From Azolla caroliniana (Eukaryota; Plantae; Polypodiophyta), in assembly GCA_043228905.1 (NCBI GenBank), contig JBHGNT010000003.1, positions 4,030,001-4,094,000 on the forward strand: a stretch of DNA of 64,000 nt. The letters are read 5' to 3'. Both the position numbers and the translations under genes were made by a program. This document shows, in pieces, positions 61,956 to 64,000 of this stretch (position 1 is its first letter; every line of letters begins with the position of its first letter). The notes beneath the pieces were generated by a model. That model searched no databases. It saw nothing but the letters and a program-made list of their open reading frames with translations, and had not been told where the DNA came from.

Positions 61956-64000
61956 CCTACATTCGATTTGCAAAACAAAGGCGATAATAGGTATGTATTT
62001 TCATGGTTATTTTTATTTTTTACATCATTTAGGGTTTCTTTTCATTTACATTTGATCACATGGTTCCATATTCTAACATGACAAGAGACTTAATTGTTTC
62101 ATTTTTCAAATGTATCATATAAATGCATTGTTATAATTTCACCATCAATATGATGAAATGTTGAATTAGAAACAACATTTTTGTATTTTCTTTCAACTCA
62201 TTTTCATTGTTTTCCACCAAACAAAACTAAGCTCATAGCAACACAAAATATGTTTGCTCAAGCATTGATTATCTCACATACTTAGTTACAACACAAGGTA
62301 CGATTATCTTGAGCACTTAAGTATTCATGTTTACATATGTAGGAATGCAATTATTTCGAGCACATAGATGTGGATACACATCATGGGTTTGTTATTTTCC
62401 TATTCGATGCCGACAATGATAATATTACGTAGTAGAGATTAGTGAAGCATTGTAAGCATAAATATAATCAACATGAGGACATGCCATTATAGCCAATAAT
62501 ACCATGTATGTATGTATGCCTGCATATTCTAAATGTTTGAATTCTTCCACGTGATCCTTCGGAATGTGGAAATCATGTTTGAATATGGAACCATTTGTTT
62601 CTCATATGCCATATTCTAAATGTTTGAATTCTTCCACTCTACATCGGTATCTTATTAAGAGACTAGGTTCTTAAATATGGTTGTAGACATACTATAGGCT
62701 TTGTAATCAAAGTAGGATTTGAAATTTGATATATTTTAAAAATTTTAATATGCAATGTATTTGAATCACCATAATTAACATGTTTGTGTGGTCTCTAATT
62801 TCATGGGCTTCTTTTGTATCCCTTTTTTTTCTTGCTTCTCATATGCCATATTCGAAATGCTATTAGAGACACCTTGCATGTTCCACATTTCACAATTGAA
62901 TATTTCATATGTTATTATATATGGGCTTGTTTCCTTCCAATTATTTAGCTATATAAATAAAAATTTGTTGCATGGATTATGAAATTTGAACTTGAATGCA
63001 AAGGACATATTGGTGGTTATTGAAATGGCATGTGGTTTGTACAGATGGCTAGTCGGTCCAAGACCTTCATAGACTTTGATACGGATTGGGGTGAAACAAT
63101 ACCCTATGAAGGGAGGTGTGGCCTGAATCATTTCTCAACTATATATTGTGTATAAATAGTGATGTTTGTGTGCTAACTTGAATGATGGTTTAGGGTTTTT
63201 GTGAGAAAGGGTGCTAGGTGCCCTAAATCCAACGATATGGATAGTGAAAACATCATTACTGAAAAGTGTATGAATGACTCGAACATGGATACGAACCCCA
63301 TACATGATGTGGGGCCATTTATTGAAGATGTCAAACTAAATAGTGAGTTGATGTACATTCTTGTAATCATTACTGAAGTAAGTATCTATTTGGATTTTCT
63401 AATGCAAATGTCACGCCAATGTTGTAGTGGACCCTATGTCCCTCTTCAAGTGTGGAAGAGACTCAACAGGTATCAAATGTTGCACATGTATCGTTGGAGA
63501 TTCATGTAGAGTGATTTTGTTTAGAGATGGAGTTTTAATTTTTCGTTTTTTGTTTTTTGTATGCAATGGATTTTGTTTAGAGGATATGATTAATCGACAA
63601 CATGAGTAATGCAATGGATTTACTTATGATATACTCTAAGGGTGATGATCTACTTATGTATAACTGATGATGATGTATATGGATTTTGTAATATCAAAAT
63701 CAATATTTGAATCTCATTTTGGTTGTATATCAAATGTGGAGTCAGATCTGTTTTTAGTTCTATTTTAGTTCTTTTCAAAATCAATATTTGAATCTCATTT
63801 TAGTTCTATTTGGTGTTCTTTGATAGGAAAGTCCAATCACTTGTGGCTTCATATATTTGCCTTTATTAAACATTAAACTGAGTAAGATCTTGAGGAGTTT
63901 GAGACATTGGATTAAGCCTTCTATTTGATTATCACTTTATTTATACTTAGTCCATGATACATATTGTTAATATAGTCTCATAGGTTATCAATCTCTATGC

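Overview
Eukaryotic nuclear DNA from a repeat-rich land plant (fern-like is an inference from the TE families and CT/GA-rich LTRs). The only host genes are three minus-strand paralogs of a TORNADO1 (TRN1)-like Roco (Roc GTPase-COR) gene: copy A 1-2704, copy B ~33444-36190 and copy C 55279-58719. Each is damaged differently and none keeps a full LRR region. Between them lies a nested TE stack. An old Ty1/copia (9720-31661, TSD ATTAT) contains a Ty3/gypsy element, which itself holds a solo LTR, a very young copia with one nonsense codon and a chromovirus LTR fragment. The same old copia also contains a decayed hAT transposon and a ~776-bp mitochondrial-like insertion. Elsewhere there are a younger copia of that family (44330-50229), an internally deleted chromovirus (50854-54227), a solo LTR, LINE remnants and a MITE-like inverted repeat upstream of copies A and C. 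Top observations: (1) the Roco cluster looks like a birth-and-death family, with coding sequence more diverged than its upstream non-coding DNA; (2) a stem-loop encloses the PPT/3'LTR junction in unrelated LTR families; (3) a GC-AG intron splits the Roc P-loop; (4) copy A has a ~785-codon open frame that the ORF track missed.
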